Shown: positions 38,154 to 49,172, numbered from the stretch's first letter. The stretch: 64,000 nucleotides of DNA from Nitrospirota bacterium (GCA_011620345.1 WOZJ01000018.1:1-64000); one strand, 5' to 3'. Notes: generated from the letters alone by a model not told the origin. Translations and numbers: made by a program.

Positions 38154-38717
38154 CTAGGGAATCCTGGCAACGATGCCATTCACAACGTACACGACATAAG
38201 GCCCGTAGCAGTATTTCTTTGCCTTATTTTTGAGCCCTGCTTGGTCGATCACCTCTTCTTCGATTTTTGTAGGAGTACCCCATGCAAGCTTGAGCTGCTC
38301 TTCTGTCATGGCGAGGTCAATCGTTCCCTCGAGAATTTTTGCCTTTGTCGTTTCCGGCCATGGTTTTTTAGCCAGAATATCGAGGAGTCGCTGGGGGCTC
38401 TCGCTGATTAGCTCATCACGGATCACGAGATACCTCTGCTCTACCCAGTTTATTGCGCCATCCTCTGGCATGACAATCCCTACCCAAGGTACTCCATCCT
38501 GCTCGACCTTTGTTGCCCTTACTCGGTACCAACTGTGGGGCGCAAGATAACCGGCTGCATGGGAGGATGCGTTCCTTTCGATGTATACCGGCGCTCTTTG
38601 CAGGATGTAGGCAATTTGTTTGCTGCCCCCTTCCAAGGCAATTGCTGGCCCGCTCATAAGCGCCAGAATTCCAAGAATTCCTCCTAGAATACTCAGCAAT
38701 AACAGACGTGATTTCAT
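38154..38717 (-). CDS. exported hypothetical protein (SH3-like N-terminal region)
   Basis: Signal peptide; SH3b-like WVGI..GAINWV; AMTEEQLKLAWGTP motif. Confidence 0.6.
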   Translation of the reverse strand: MKSRLLLLSILGGILGILALMSGPAIALEGGSKQIAYILQRAPVYIERNASSHAAGYLAPHSWYRVRATKVEQDGVPWVGIVMPEDGAINWVEQRYLVIRDELISESPQRLLDILAKKPWPETTKAKILEGTIDLAMTEEQLKLAWGTPTKIEEEVIDQAGLKNKAKKYCYGPYVVYVVNGIVARIP

Positions 38718-38754
38718 TGCGAAAACACCCCATCTCAATAGTCTTTATACGACG

Positions 38755-38791
38755 ACAGGCCGGCAAGGAGAAACACTCCTTGCCGGCCTGT
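38755..38791. terminator. 16-bp perfect stem-loop downstream of the OmpA gene
   Basis: acaggccggcaaggag-aaaca-ctccttgccggcctgt; no clear U-tract on the minus strand. Confidence 0.6.
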
Positions 38792-38812
38792 GTTGATTGG
38801 TCTTTCTGTTTT

Positions 38813-40489
38813 TTAGAAGACCTCATCCATTGGAAGCTCTTCCGGAGCCTCTTCTTGAGAAGGAGCCTCCTCGAGCATTTGCTCTCCTTCCGAAGGGGCG
38901 CCCTCTTCGATAGTTTCCTCTTGAACGGGCTCAGCACCCATCACTTCGAATTCAACCCTTCGGTTGACCGCCCTCGCCCAAGGCTGCTTCATGTCGACGA
39001 GCGGCTTGGACTCTCCGTAGCTTACGATGTCGCCGATCTGCTCGGGAGAGACACCAAGCCTGAGAATCTCCTTCCGGATCGTTTCGGCGCGCCGCCTCGC
39101 AAGGTTCAGGTTGTACTGCTCGGTGCCGATATAATCGGCGTGGCCGGCAATGACCACCTTGATGTTTTGGGACTCCTTGAGCTTCTGGGCAATAAGGTAG
39201 GTCTTTCCTTTGCCCAAATTCGTCAGGGTTGATTTATCAAATTCGAAGTTGATGTCCGAAAACACCAGCCTCTCCACCCGAACAACCTTGGGCACCTCTT
39301 TGACGACAACCTTCTCGACGGGCACCTCTACCACGCGCTCTTTCATCGGCTTTGGCGGGGTCGGGCCCGACCACGTAAAGCCTACGATTCCTCTGTAGTC
39401 GTCCACGCTGTGTGACATGCCGAAGTCCACGCCGGCTGTCAGCATGAAGCCACGGCCAAGGTGGTAGCGAGCCGACGCCAGGATAGCCTGAGGCCTGTCG
39501 TTATAGTAGCGATACTGCACACCGTCTGGCATGGTCACGTCTCTGTCACCGCCCCGGATGCGCGATTCCTGCCCGCGGTACTCGACCATGAGCATGAGGT
39601 CTTCAAGGGGGGCAACGCCAGCACCCACTTCATAAGCGAAGGTCGTGTTGTTCCAGTTATTTCCCGCATAATTGGAAGGGGCCTGGTTGAAGTTGGCACC
39701 CAACGCGGTCGTTAAGATAAACCATTCTTTCTCATAGGTGAAAACGCCGCGCACGCCGTAGGTGTCTTCACCCGTAAATCCGGGCACTTCCTCGGGACCG
39801 GTGCCAAACTGCGAAAACCCAACGACGGCCACGCCGACAGGAAACTTCCTCGGGTCAAGAATCTTGAACTTAGCCGTCAGGCGGTAATCGCCCTGGTCGT
39901 CCTTATGGCGCTCGCCTTCCCACGGGTAGCCCTGGCGAACCTTGTATTCCCCTTCGTACCACACGTACGGGAAAGACCCCGACACCTCGATGTAATCGGT
40001 AATGCCCACGCCGACAACGGGCTGAAGGTAATAAATCTTGTTGTTCTTTCGGATAGTATCGTTGTCGTCCATAAAGAAGTTTCCATACACGCCGACATGG
40101 AACTTTAGGTTGCCGATCGTGTTTGCCGTCGGCGTCATGGTCAAACCGGTCGTACCGAAGAAGTTCGGCGCCTTTACGAAACGGTAATAGGGCTGCTCCT
40201 CGGTCGTCACTTCAGGCTGAGTCGGCGCCTGTGCGACTTCTTCTTCCATGGCCCCAGCTTCCGGCGCTTCTACCGTATCGGCCGGAATTTCTACCTCCGT
40301 CGTCCCAGTTTCGGGCAACGAAAGTTCTTCTTCGCCAACACCCTCTTCGGGCAAGGCCTGCTCCTCAGAAGGGCCCACTTCTTCGTAAAGCACCTCGTCT
40401 TCTTCCTGCGCAAACGAGGTTGCGTAGGGGGCAGTCCCACCCACCAGCGCAACTCCCGCCGCAAGCGCGAGAATCCGTAACCTCTTCAT
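38813..40489 (-). CDS. OmpA-family outer-membrane protein (acidic N-terminus, beta-barrel, OmpA_C)
   Basis: Signal peptide; Glu-rich region; alternating beta strands; INFEFDKS, GHADYIGTEQYNLNLARRRA, YGESKP, NRRVE. Confidence 0.92.
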   Translation of the reverse strand: MKRLRILALAAGVALVGGTAPYATSFAQEEDEVLYEEVGPSEEQALPEEGVGEEELSLPETGTTEVEIPADTVEAPEAGAMEEEVAQAPTQPEVTTEEQPYYRFVKAPNFFGTTGLTMTPTANTIGNLKFHVGVYGNFFMDDNDTIRKNNKIYYLQPVVGVGITDYIEVSGSFPYVWYEGEYKVRQGYPWEGERHKDDQGDYRLTAKFKILDPRKFPVGVAVVGFSQFGTGPEEVPGFTGEDTYGVRGVFTYEKEWFILTTALGANFNQAPSNYAGNNWNNTTFAYEVGAGVAPLEDLMLMVEYRGQESRIRGGDRDVTMPDGVQYRYYNDRPQAILASARYHLGRGFMLTAGVDFGMSHSVDDYRGIVGFTWSGPTPPKPMKERVVEVPVEKVVVKEVPKVVRVERLVFSDINFEFDKSTLTNLGKGKTYLIAQKLKESQNIKVVIAGHADYIGTEQYNLNLARRRAETIRKEILRLGVSPEQIGDIVSYGESKPLVDMKQPWARAVNRRVEFEVMGAEPVQEETIEEGAPSEGEQMLEEAPSQEEAPEELPMDEVF

Positions 40490-40538
40490 CGCTGATCCCC
40501 CAAACTCTCCGTTGATAAACATTCTTAACCTTTATGCC

Positions 40539-40564
40539 CCGGGAAGGGGCGCTCCCCTTCCCGG
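40539..40564. other. GC-rich intergenic stem-loop
   Basis: ccgggaagggg-cgct-ccccttcccgg (11-bp stem) between the surface-protein gene and the ompA-like gene. Confidence 0.6.
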
Positions 40565-40582
40565 TTTATTTGTTGCCAGGGT

Positions 40583-42480
40583 TTAGAACGGCGGATACGG
40601 CCGCCAGTAATCGAGGCACAGGCCATCCGTGGGGTCGTTTGGATTCGTCCCCATGATGAACTCCGTCAAGTTCGAGCAGCCGTCTTTATCCAGATCCTGG
40701 TTGCGGTCATTGACCGTCCAGTCTAGCCCGTTATCCGCTTCCCATGCATCCGGAATGCCGTCATTATCGGCATCGGCCCAGAAGTCCACGCAGCCTTGAG
40801 CGTCCGCAAGCGGATGGCCAGGCAGAAGCGTAAAGCCCTCGGGGCAGACAACCGGCACGCAAGCATTGCCCTGCTGGGTTGTTCCAGGGCCGCAGGCAAT
40901 CTGTGGTCCAGGCTCAGTAGGCGCTCCAGGCTCAGTAGGCGCTCCAGGCTCAGTAGGCATGCACGTATCACCAACGCCGTCGCCATCCGTATCCCGAGGT
41001 TCGGTCCCGGCGCCGCACACAACCGGTGCACCGGCTTCGGGCATTGCAACGCACTCACCCGTGGCTGGGTTGTAGAGCTGGCCCTCCGGGCAAGCAATTT
41101 CTCCAGGCGGAACGATGCCAGTTATGGCCCCGGGCGGGCACGCGCGGGTCGTATCGCCGTCATCGCTACGGTCGCAAGGGCTGCGCTCGAGCCTCGCTGT
41201 GGATACAGGCCCCTGGGTGGGCTGAGCCGTCGGCCCGGGCGATGCAGAGGCAGAGGGAGACGTCAGGCTATCCGATGCCAACTGCGAGGGCGAAGTTACG
41301 CTCTGCGAAAGGCTTCCTGAAATATTCNNNNNNNNNNNNNNNNNNNNNNNNNNNNNNNNNNNNNNNNNNNNNNNNNNNNNNNNNNNNNNNNNNNNNNNNN
41401 NNNNNNNNNNNNNNNNNNNNNNNNNNNCGATGCCAACTGCGAGGGCGAAGTTACGCTCTGCGAAAGGCTTCCTGAAATATTCTGCGTCTTGAGCGTCTTC
41501 AGGCTGCCCGAAACGCTCTGCGAGGCGTTGAACGGACTTCCCGCCACGTTTGCCGATGAGTTCGCAGGCACTGTCACGGCCGACTGGGATGTGGCCGAAG
41601 GCGATGTGCTCACAAAAGCGCTCGGGCCGCCAGAAACAGGCAAGCTTCCTACCGTCGAGTTTACAGACTGCTGGGTGCTCGCCGAAGGAGAGGTCGATAT
41701 CGACGCCGCAGAGGTAAACGGCGAGCCCACTAGGTTCCCGCTCGAGCCGAACAGTCCTGGTCCTCTTTGAGGAGCCCCCGCGGGAGCCGCCGGCATTTGA
41801 GCGAAGCACGCACCCATGGGCTGCGTCCTGTTCACCGCCAGCGTCTGGTTGTAGCCAGGATCGTCCATGTTGTCCACGCGGCCGTTGCCGTTGCAGTCTT
41901 CAAGGCCGTCGACCACGCCGCCGCCGTCAGAGTCGGCGTTGCGCGGGTTTGTCGTGCATGTTGGGTCCAAATCGGGCTGGAACTTATTGAAGTCCGTCCC
42001 TTTGACACCCTCCTTAACGGCCGACATCGCCTGCATAACCATCTCGCAGGTAAGCCCAATCTCGGTGCCGTCTTGGATGCCGTCGTTGTCGGTGTCGGCA
42101 GAAAGCGGGTTCAGAAGCCACTGGAGCTCGCGGCCGTCCCAAATGCCGTCGTCGTCGGTGTCGACATCCCGCGGGTCCGTCCCTAGGCGCAGCTCATCGC
42201 CGTTTAAAATCCCGTCGCCGTCCGAGTCTACGTTGGGGTCAAGCTGACCAGCTGGCCCACCAGTGCCCGGACTTGCCGAGGAAAGAGAATTGCTCACCGA
42301 CTGGAACGGCGCGCTTGCGATGTTTGAAGCCGATTGCAACGAGTTGCTTGCGGACGTAAAGGGCGATGTGAGATACTCGCTCGCCCTTCCACCCACCGCA
42401 AGCCCCCCCGTCAGCACGGCGATACCCGCCACGGCCAACGGAAGGCGCAGTAAGGGAAATCTTCCCTTCCTCCACTTCAT
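40583..42480 (-). CDS. secreted protein with TSP3-like Ca-binding (DxDxDG) repeats and Ser-rich and Cys-rich segments; interrupted by an assembly gap
   Basis: Signal peptide MKWRK...; DSDGDG, DTDDDG, DTDNDG, DADNDG and DLDKDG repeats. Removing the 100 N and one 55-bp duplicate gives 1743 nt, one in-frame 580-aa ORF. Confidence 0.8.
40907..40958. repeat. 18-bp tandem repeat, about 2.9 copies (PTEPGA)
   Basis: tccaggctcagtaggcgc x2 plus 16 bp. Confidence 0.93.
41328..41427. other. assembly gap (100 N) with an identical 55-bp sequence on both flanks
   Basis: 41273-41327 equals 41428-41482. Confidence 0.95.
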
Positions 42481-42583
42481 GGACTCTTCCCTCCCTTGAG
42501 CGTTATTCAACAAATGAAACCAAAACCCCACTGGGAACGTACGCAATCCTTTCGCCTTTCGGAAGGCTGATTTTGCTGTCGTT

Positions 42584-42612
42584 ATTCTAATCAATGGCAA
42601 GAGGGTTGTCAA
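42584..42612 (-). promoter_or_regulatory. sigma70 promoter of the surface-protein/ompA unit
   Basis: TTGACA-N17-TAGAAT. Confidence 0.82.
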
Positions 42613-42614
42613 CC

Positions 42615-42638
42615 AAAAAAAAGGCTTGCCCCAAGCCT
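42615..42638 (-). terminator. intrinsic terminator after uvrC
   Basis: AGGCTTG-GGG-CAAGCCT followed by a T-run on the minus strand. Confidence 0.82.
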
Positions 42639-42657
42639 AACACATGGGAAAAAGCAG

Positions 42658-44508
42658 TCAAGATGAGGGAAAGGCATCTTGAAGAGCCCTTTTTAGACTT
42701 AGAGCCCTTTTTGGGGTTGTATGGATTGCATCCGCCAAGTCTTCGTAGGAGGCGTCAAGCAGGCTTCTTGGGGTCGCAAATCGCATCAAAAGGCGCTTTT
42801 TGGTCAACCTACCAACCCCTTTGACGTTGTCCAGCCAGGAAGCAAGGGCGCGCTTTTGCCTGCGCTTCCTGTGGAACGTCACGGCAAAACGGTGCGCCTC
42901 GTTCCTTAGGCGCTTGAGTAGCTTGAGCGCGGGGGCATACTCAGGCAGGATCAAGGGCGTGTCTTCGTCTGGCAGGATAACCCTCTCAAAGTCCGAGCTG
43001 GAGTGCTTTTTGGCGATCCCTATCGTTGGGACCGCTCCATATCCCTGCTCGTTTAGCGCCTCTTTGGCCAACGAAAGCTGCCCACGACCTCCATCCACGA
43101 CGATTAAGTCTGTGGAAAGCCCAGCCTTTGAAAGCTCCAACAACCCCCGGCCTACGGCCTCTTTAATCGAGAGGAAATCGTTGGGGCCGCCCTTGACGGA
43201 TCGAACGATAAAATGGCGATAATGTTCCTTGCTCGGCCTCCCTTCCCTAAAAACCACCATGGAGGCCACAATGTCCTGGCCCAAGAGGTTGGAAACATCG
43301 AACCCGGCGATGGTCTCCGGATGGCCCGGGAGCTTGAGTGCCATCTGCAAGTCAAGAATTTCCCTTTTGGCCTTGAGCGCGTCGTCTAGGCGCTCAAGCA
43401 GCCGTTGACGGGCGTTCTGCTCGGCCTGGGCCATTAAGGCGAGCACGTCGGGTATAGCCTTTGGAGGCGTCAAGATCTTTACGTCAAGCCCGGCCCGTTG
43501 GGAAAGCAGCTGTTTGAGCGCCTCTTTTCCTTCAGGCAGGAACGGTACGTAGAGCACGCTGGGGATATTAGAGCCTTCTGCGTAGGCATCCGCGAGCAAG
43601 CGGGTGAGCGTCTCTTTTGGGTCTACGTCCAAACCCTGGCCGTGGTAGGCCAGGCCGCCTTCAAGCCGGCCTTCGCGAAGGCATAAGCGGTAGGCCGTAG
43701 CGAGCCTGCCTTGCTGGGCCAGCGACCAAACGTCCGCGCTGTTTAGCCCCTGGTAGACAACGACGTGCTGCGCCTGAAGGGCCCCCTCGAGCATTTTTAG
43801 CCTGTCGCGAAGCTGGGCGGCCTTCTCGAACTCGCACCTCTCGGCATAGCGCTCTATCTGCTCTTTGAACAGAGGCTTTAGCTCGCCAAGCCGGCCCCGA
43901 AGCGCCGAGACGATCCCTTTGAGCAGGCGCGCATAAGCATCCTGGTCGATCAGCCCCACACAAGGAGCGCTGCAGAGCCCAAGCCCATGCTTGAGGCATG
44001 GCCTGACCCGGTTCCGGAACTCCGTATCCGAGCATGTCCTTACAGGAAAGACGGGCTCCAAAAGGTGCAAGAGGTCCCTGATCACTCCGCCAGAGGGGTA
44101 GGGCCCGAGGATTAGCTGGTTCTTTTTGGCTTTTGGGCGCCTCTGAATGCAGGGCCTAGGGAAAGCGTGCGAAAGGTCGATGACGAGGCTAATATAGGTT
44201 TTGTCGTCCCTAAAGCGTATGTTATAGCGCGGCCTGAAGCGCTTGATAAGCTCGTCTTCTAAAAGCAGCGCCTCCTTCTCGTTTCCTGTAAGAACCCAAT
44301 CGATCCCCCGGGCCTTGGAAAGCAAAAACCCAACCTGAGAGCGGGTGTCTTTTTGGGTTAGGTAGTTCCCTACCCGTCTTTGCAGGTTTTTAGCCTTGCC
44401 AACATACAGGACTTGGCCTTCCTGATCGAGAAATTTGTACACGCCAGGACCGGAAGGAAGGCTTTTCCAGGCCTTAAAAAGCTCTGGATAGGCTTTTGCC
44501 TCAAGCAT
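42658..44508 (-). CDS. uvrC: excinuclease ABC subunit C
   Basis: GIY-YIG domain [35 protein letters not shown], HhH. Confidence 0.96.
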   Translation of the reverse strand: MLEAKAYPELFKAWKSLPSGPGVYKFLDQEGQVLYVGKAKNLQRRVGNYLTQKDTRSQVGFLLSKARGIDWVLTGNEKEALLLEDELIKRFRPRYNIRFRDDKTYISLVIDLSHAFPRPCIQRRPKAKKNQLILGPYPSGGVIRDLLHLLEPVFPVRTCSDTEFRNRVRPCLKHGLGLCSAPCVGLIDQDAYARLLKGIVSALRGRLGELKPLFKEQIERYAERCEFEKAAQLRDRLKMLEGALQAQHVVVYQGLNSADVWSLAQQGRLATAYRLCLREGRLEGGLAYHGQGLDVDPKETLTRLLADAYAEGSNIPSVLYVPFLPEGKEALKQLLSQRAGLDVKILTPPKAIPDVLALMAQAEQNARQRLLERLDDALKAKREILDLQMALKLPGHPETIAGFDVSNLLGQDIVASMVVFREGRPSKEHYRHFIVRSVKGGPNDFLSIKEAVGRGLLELSKAGLSTDLIVVDGGRGQLSLAKEALNEQGYGAVPTIGIAKKHSSSDFERVILPDEDTPLILPEYAPALKLLKRLRNEAHRFAVTFHRKRRQKRALASWLDNVKGVGRLTKKRLLMRFATPRSLLDASYEDLADAIHTTPKRALSLKRALQDAFPSS

Positions 44509-46531
44509 GGTTCGTCCACTTGAGCGCAAGCGCCTTGAGCCTTCTTAGCTCGTCCCTAAGGCTTGCCGCCTGCTCGAACTCCCAGGCCTTTGCCGCATCC
44601 TTCATCCCCCGCGTTACCTCTTTGATGCGCTTATCGAGGTCGAAGGACGTTTTGAACACCCTTGCAAGCTCTGCGTCGTCTGCGATATCCACGGCGTCTA
44701 AGCTTTCCTGCGTTGCCAAGCTAAGAGGAGCGTACACGGCCTTCTGAATGCTAGCCGGCGTGATTCCGTGCGCTTCGTTGTAGGCCCGCTGGATCGCCCG
44801 ACGCCTGTCGGTCTCCGCGATCATCCCCCGCATCGAAGGGGTCATTGTATCGGCGTACAGAAGGACCTCTCCGTTGACGTTCCTGGCGGCCCGGCCGCAG
44901 GTCTGTATGAGAGAGACCTGGGAGCGTAAAAACCCCTCCTTGTCGGCATCGAGGACCGCCACGAGCGAGACCTCTGGGATGTCTAGGCCCTCCCTTAAAA
45001 GGTTCACGCCCACGAGGCAATCGAAACTTCCAACCCGTAACTCTCTGATGATTGCCATCCTCTCGAGCGCATCGATGTCCGAGTGTAGGTAGCGGGCACG
45101 AATACCTGCACCCATAACGTACTCGACCAAGTCCTCGGCCAGCCTTTTTGTCAGCGTCGTCACGAGCACCCGTTCTTTCTTTGAGACCCTCGCCTTGATT
45201 TCCGCGACCAAGTCATCGATTTGGTTTTTTGCGGGCTTGACCCGGACTTGCGGGTCTAGAAGGCCCGTGGGCCTGATGATCTGCTCGATAACCCGCCCTT
45301 TGCTCTTTCTCATCTCGTATGGTCCAGGCGTTGCGCTGACGTACACGGCCTGTTTGACCATGCCCTCGAACTCTTCGAAGGAGAGCGGCCGATTGTCTAG
45401 CGCGCTAGGAAGCCTAAACCCGTACTCGACAAGCGTCTTTTTGCGAGCGATGTCTCCTCGGCTCATGCCCGCGATCTGGCCGGCCGTCAGGTGGGATTCG
45501 TCCAAAAACAACAGGAAGTCTTTGGGGAAGTAATCGAGCAAGACAGGCGGCGGCATACCGGGGGGCCTGCCCGTCAAATGCCTCGAGTAGTTCTCGATCC
45601 CGTGACAAAAGCCCATTTCGGAAAGCATCTCCAAATCGAAGCGGGTACGCTGCTCGAGCCTTTGGGCCTCAAGCAGTTTGCCCTGGCGCTTTAGTGTCTC
45701 AAGGGTTTCTTCAAGCTCGTTTTCGATAGATCTCGCGGCACGCTTTAGCCTGTCTTCCGGCGTGACGTAGTGCGAATTGGGGAATATACGAACGGCCTTG
45801 AGCGTTCCGAGCCGTTTCCCTGTAAAGGCCTCGACTTCAAGGACGCGCTCAATCCGGTTTCCGAAGAATTCCACCTTGACGGCACGCTCTTCTTCGTGGG
45901 CCGGGAAGATTTCGAGCGTGTCCCCCCTGGCCCTGAAGCTTCCCCTTCGAAAATCGACCTCGTTTCGCTCGTAGAGAATCTTGACGAGTTCCCGCATGAG
46001 TTTCTCCGGGGACAACTCCATGCCGGTCTCTAGGGTGATATGCATCCCTCCGTAAGTCTCTGGCTCTCCCAAGCCGTAGATGCATGACACGCTCGCGACG
46101 ATGAGTACATCCCGCCTTGTCAACAGGCTCCTTGTGGCGCTGTGCCGCATCTTGTCGATGTCGTCGTTGATGGCCGAGTCTTTCTCGATGTAGGTGTCGG
46201 TTTCGGGGACGTACGCCTCCGGCTGGTAATAATCGTAATAGCTGATAAAAAACTCGACCGCGTTCTCGGGGAAGAGCGAGGCAAACTCCTGGTAAAGCTG
46301 GGCGGCTAGCGTCTTGTTCGGGGCGATGACGAGCGCGGGCCGGTTTAGGGCCTCGATCACCTTGGCCATCGTAAACGTCTTCCCCGAGCCTGTCACCCCA
46401 AGGAGCACCTGGTGGCCAACGCCCCCTTGAATCCCATGAACGAGCTGTTCTATGGCTTTAGGCTGGTCCCCTTTTGGACTAAACGGCTCTTGAACCCTGA
46501 AGGGCAGGCTTGGCTCGAGCGGATGTCCCAT
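44501..46531 (-). CDS. uvrB: excinuclease ABC subunit B
   Basis: [43 protein letters not shown]. Confidence 0.98.
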   Translation of the reverse strand: MGHPLEPSLPFRVQEPFSPKGDQPKAIEQLVHGIQGGVGHQVLLGVTGSGKTFTMAKVIEALNRPALVIAPNKTLAAQLYQEFASLFPENAVEFFISYYDYYQPEAYVPETDTYIEKDSAINDDIDKMRHSATRSLLTRRDVLIVASVSCIYGLGEPETYGGMHITLETGMELSPEKLMRELVKILYERNEVDFRRGSFRARGDTLEIFPAHEEERAVKVEFFGNRIERVLEVEAFTGKRLGTLKAVRIFPNSHYVTPEDRLKRAARSIENELEETLETLKRQGKLLEAQRLEQRTRFDLEMLSEMGFCHGIENYSRHLTGRPPGMPPPVLLDYFPKDFLLFLDESHLTAGQIAGMSRGDIARKKTLVEYGFRLPSALDNRPLSFEEFEGMVKQAVYVSATPGPYEMRKSKGRVIEQIIRPTGLLDPQVRVKPAKNQIDDLVAEIKARVSKKERVLVTTLTKRLAEDLVEYVMGAGIRARYLHSDIDALERMAIIRELRVGSFDCLVGVNLLREGLDIPEVSLVAVLDADKEGFLRSQVSLIQTCGRAARNVNGEVLLYADTMTPSMRGMIAETDRRRAIQRAYNEAHGITPASIQKAVYAPLSLATQESLDAVDIADDAELARVFKTSFDLDKRIKEVTRGMKDAAKAWEFEQAASLRDELRRLKALALKWTNHA

Positions 46532-46540
46532 GGTCAGCCT

Positions 46541-47962
46541 CTATACGTCCAGGCGCACCAGCGTACCCTCAGGGGTATCTTCTAGTAAGACTCCATAGCC
46601 TTTCACCTGCTCGCGGATGGCGTCCGCCCTCTGAAAATCTTTTTGCCCTCTTGCAAGCTCACGCGCCCGGACAAGCTCTTGGAGCGTGCCTTGATCCAAT
46701 CGCTTTTCCTTAAAAAACGCCGATTCGATGCGCTCGAGGAAGGCGCACGGCTCCAACCCGAACGCTCCCAAAATCTCGTCCGCTTCCTTATAAAGCCCTA
46801 GAAGCTCTTTGTAGGTCTCCTCATCCACCCCGGGCTTTTCTTGCAGAAGGCCCAGCGTCTTGAATATCGCCCCGATGGCCCTTGGCGTATTGAGGTCGTC
46901 TTTAAGCGACCCTAGAAATTCTTCCTTTAGGGCACGAGCCTCTTTTGTGCGCCCCTTGCCTCCTTGGCCCGATCGCAAACGCGCCTCTTGGCGGGCCCTT
47001 GCAAGGTAAAAACGGTACAAAGCCCGCCCAGTATTCTCCACGAGCTCGAAAGAGAAATCCAGCGGGCTCCTGTAGTGGGTCGAAAGCAGTGCAACCCTAA
47101 GCGCCTCCGGATGGTAGCTCGCCTTAAGGTCACGAAGGTACACCGTGTTGCCCAACGACTTAGACATCTTAACGTCTTTCATCGTCACAAACCCGACGTG
47201 CATCCAGAGGTTAGCCAAGGGCTTTCCCGTTGCGGCAAGCGTCTGGGCGCGCTCGTTTTCGTGGTGGGGGAAGACAAGGTCCTCACCGCCGCCGTGGATG
47301 TCTAACAAATCGCCAAGGTAACGCATGGCCATAGCCGAGCACTCGATATGCCACCCGGGCCTTCCTTTGCCGAACGGGCTTGGAAACCCGGCATCGGTAT
47401 CGCTCGCCGCCTTCCAAAGCACAAAATCCAACGGATCGCGTTTTTTTGGGTTGACTTCAACCCTGGAGCCAGCGATCAGCTCATCAAGCTCCTTTTTGGA
47501 AAGGGCCCCAAAATCCGGCACCGAACGCACGCGAAAGTAGACATCCCCGCCCGCCTCGTAGGCCACACCCTTTACAAGGAGCCTCTCGATCAATGCCACC
47601 ATCTCTTGAATATGCTCCGTGGCGCGGGGTTCGACATCCGGAGGCTGGACACCGAGCCATGCCATATCCCCTTGAAACGACTCGATCATTCCTTCTGTCA
47701 ACCGCTCGTAAGGAATTCCCTTATCTCCCGCCCGCTCGAGGATCTTATCGTCAATGTCCGTAATGTTCCTGACATAAAATGTCTTCAGCCCTTCGTGCCG
47801 AAGGAGGCGTGAGAGGACATCGAACGCTACCATGACCCGGCCATGGCCGATGTGACAGTGGTCATAGACCGTAACACCACAAACATAAAGCCTTACCCTG
47901 CCCGGCTCCAGCGGAGTCAGGGCCTCCTTGGACTGGGTAAGCGTGTTGCGAAGCCGGATCAT
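46541..47962 (-). CDS. cysS: cysteine--tRNA ligase
   Basis: CGVTVYD..HIGH, GRPGWHIECS, DIHGGG.DL.FPHHENE, KMSKSLGN. Confidence 0.98.
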   Translation of the reverse strand: MIRLRNTLTQSKEALTPLEPGRVRLYVCGVTVYDHCHIGHGRVMVAFDVLSRLLRHEGLKTFYVRNITDIDDKILERAGDKGIPYERLTEGMIESFQGDMAWLGVQPPDVEPRATEHIQEMVALIERLLVKGVAYEAGGDVYFRVRSVPDFGALSKKELDELIAGSRVEVNPKKRDPLDFVLWKAASDTDAGFPSPFGKGRPGWHIECSAMAMRYLGDLLDIHGGGEDLVFPHHENERAQTLAATGKPLANLWMHVGFVTMKDVKMSKSLGNTVYLRDLKASYHPEALRVALLSTHYRSPLDFSFELVENTGRALYRFYLARARQEARLRSGQGGKGRTKEARALKEEFLGSLKDDLNTPRAIGAIFKTLGLLQEKPGVDEETYKELLGLYKEADEILGAFGLEPCAFLERIESAFFKEKRLDQGTLQELVRARELARGQKDFQRADAIREQVKGYGVLLEDTPEGTLVRLDV

Positions 47963-47979
47963 GGCTTTTAACTCCTTTC

Positions 47980-48474
47980 TTAAGGACACCACACGAGCGC
48001 GACGGCCTGCGCCATCACGCCCTCTCCTCGGCCGATTGCACCGACCCCCTCAGGATGCTTCGCTTTGAGCCCCACACGGCCTAAAGAAAGGTCAAGGGCG
48101 GAGGCAATGTTGTGGCGCATAGAATCAAGATACGGGGCAACGGCCGGCCTTTCAAGAAAAAGCACTGCATCGAGGCTCAAGATGCGTGCTTGGTGCTGAG
48201 CGACAAGCACCCCGACACGCTCCAAAAGCGTTAACGAACAAACCCCGCGGAGCGATGGGTCGTGCGCAGGGAACAGCGTTCCGATGTCGGGTTCGCCCAG
48301 GGCTCCGAGAACGGCGTCCATAAGCGCGTGCAAGAGCGCATCCCCGTCGGAGTGGCCAAGCGGACCACGGTCAAAGGGAACCCGGACCCCCCCCAGCACA
48401 AACTCTCTGCCTTGGACAAGGGCGTGCTGGTCCAGGCCAAGGCCGGTTCGAAGCCCGCCTAGCAGGTCGTCCAC
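47980..48474 (-). CDS. ispF: 2-C-methyl-D-erythritol 2,4-cyclodiphosphate synthase
   Basis: GLGLDQH, LGGV, GHSDGD..HA..DA.LGA, DIG..FP. Confidence 0.93.
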   Translation of the reverse strand: MDDLLGGLRTGLGLDQHALVQGREFVLGGVRVPFDRGPLGHSDGDALLHALMDAVLGALGEPDIGTLFPAHDPSLRGVCSLTLLERVGVLVAQHQARILSLDAVLFLERPAVAPYLDSMRHNIASALDLSLGRVGLKAKHPEGVGAIGRGEGVMAQAVALVWCP

Positions 48475-48494
48475 GCCCTACCGACCCCCTGCCC

Positions 48495-49172
48495 TTAGGC
48501 CAAAAGATAACGGCTTGCGAATGCAAAATCCTCCGGGTAGGTTACCTTGAGGTTGAACGGGCTTCCTCTAACAACGCGCACCTCGTTGCCCAGAAGCTGT
48601 ACTAGGTGGGCATCGTCCGGCGCATCCTCGATGCCCTTTTCTTTGGCAAACGCGTGTGCCCGGTAGAGGGTTTCCGGCAAGAACGCCTGCGGGGTTTGGA
48701 TTAAACAGAGTCCACCCCTTGGGATGTCCCGGATAATCGTCAACCCGTGCACCTCTTTGATGGCGTCCCGCACGAACACCCCGAGCGTTGCCGCTCCGAA
48801 GGCCCGCGCTTCTTTGAGCAAGGGAGCGAGCAGCCTGCTTTCCAAGCAAGGCCTTGCCCCGTCATGAACGAGCACCAAATCAAGCTGTTCTCCCGCTAGC
48901 AGGGCAAGCCCGTTCCGCACGGAGGCCGTCCGTGTCGGACCGCCTGCCGCAAGGCGCGTTGTTTCGTCAGGAACGATGAAGCGGGCGTTCTCGACTTCGT
49001 TGGCCGGAAGAACAATCACGGGAATTACGCTGGCATCGAGCTCAAGGAGCGGCCTTAAGGCCCAAAACCAAAGCGGCTTGCCTTGAATCTCGAAGAACTG
49101 CTTTGGGTAGGACAACCCAGACCTCTCCCCCAGCCCAGCAGCACATAGCACGATGCCGATTCGCATACGCAT
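48495..49172 (-). CDS. ispD: 2-C-methyl-D-erythritol 4-phosphate cytidylyltransferase
   Basis: AAG.G.R...PKQF, R..SV.NGL, VHDGARP, QTPQ, KVTYPED. Confidence 0.94.
   Translation of the reverse strand: MRMRIGIVLCAAGLGERSGLSYPKQFFEIQGKPLWFWALRPLLELDASVIPVIVLPANEVENARFIVPDETTRLAAGGPTRTASVRNGLALLAGEQLDLVLVHDGARPCLESRLLAPLLKEARAFGAATLGVFVRDAIKEVHGLTIIRDIPRGGLCLIQTPQAFLPETLYRAHAFAKEKGIEDAPDDAHLVQLLGNEVRVVRGSPFNLKVTYPEDFAFASRYLLA

Noticed and set aside
42481-42580. Possible c-di-GMP-I (GEMM) riboswitch in the approximately 100-nt leader (GCAAAA...GAAA)
   Set aside because: Lacks the GACGCAAA junction and P2 features. An Infernal/Rfam search would be decisive.
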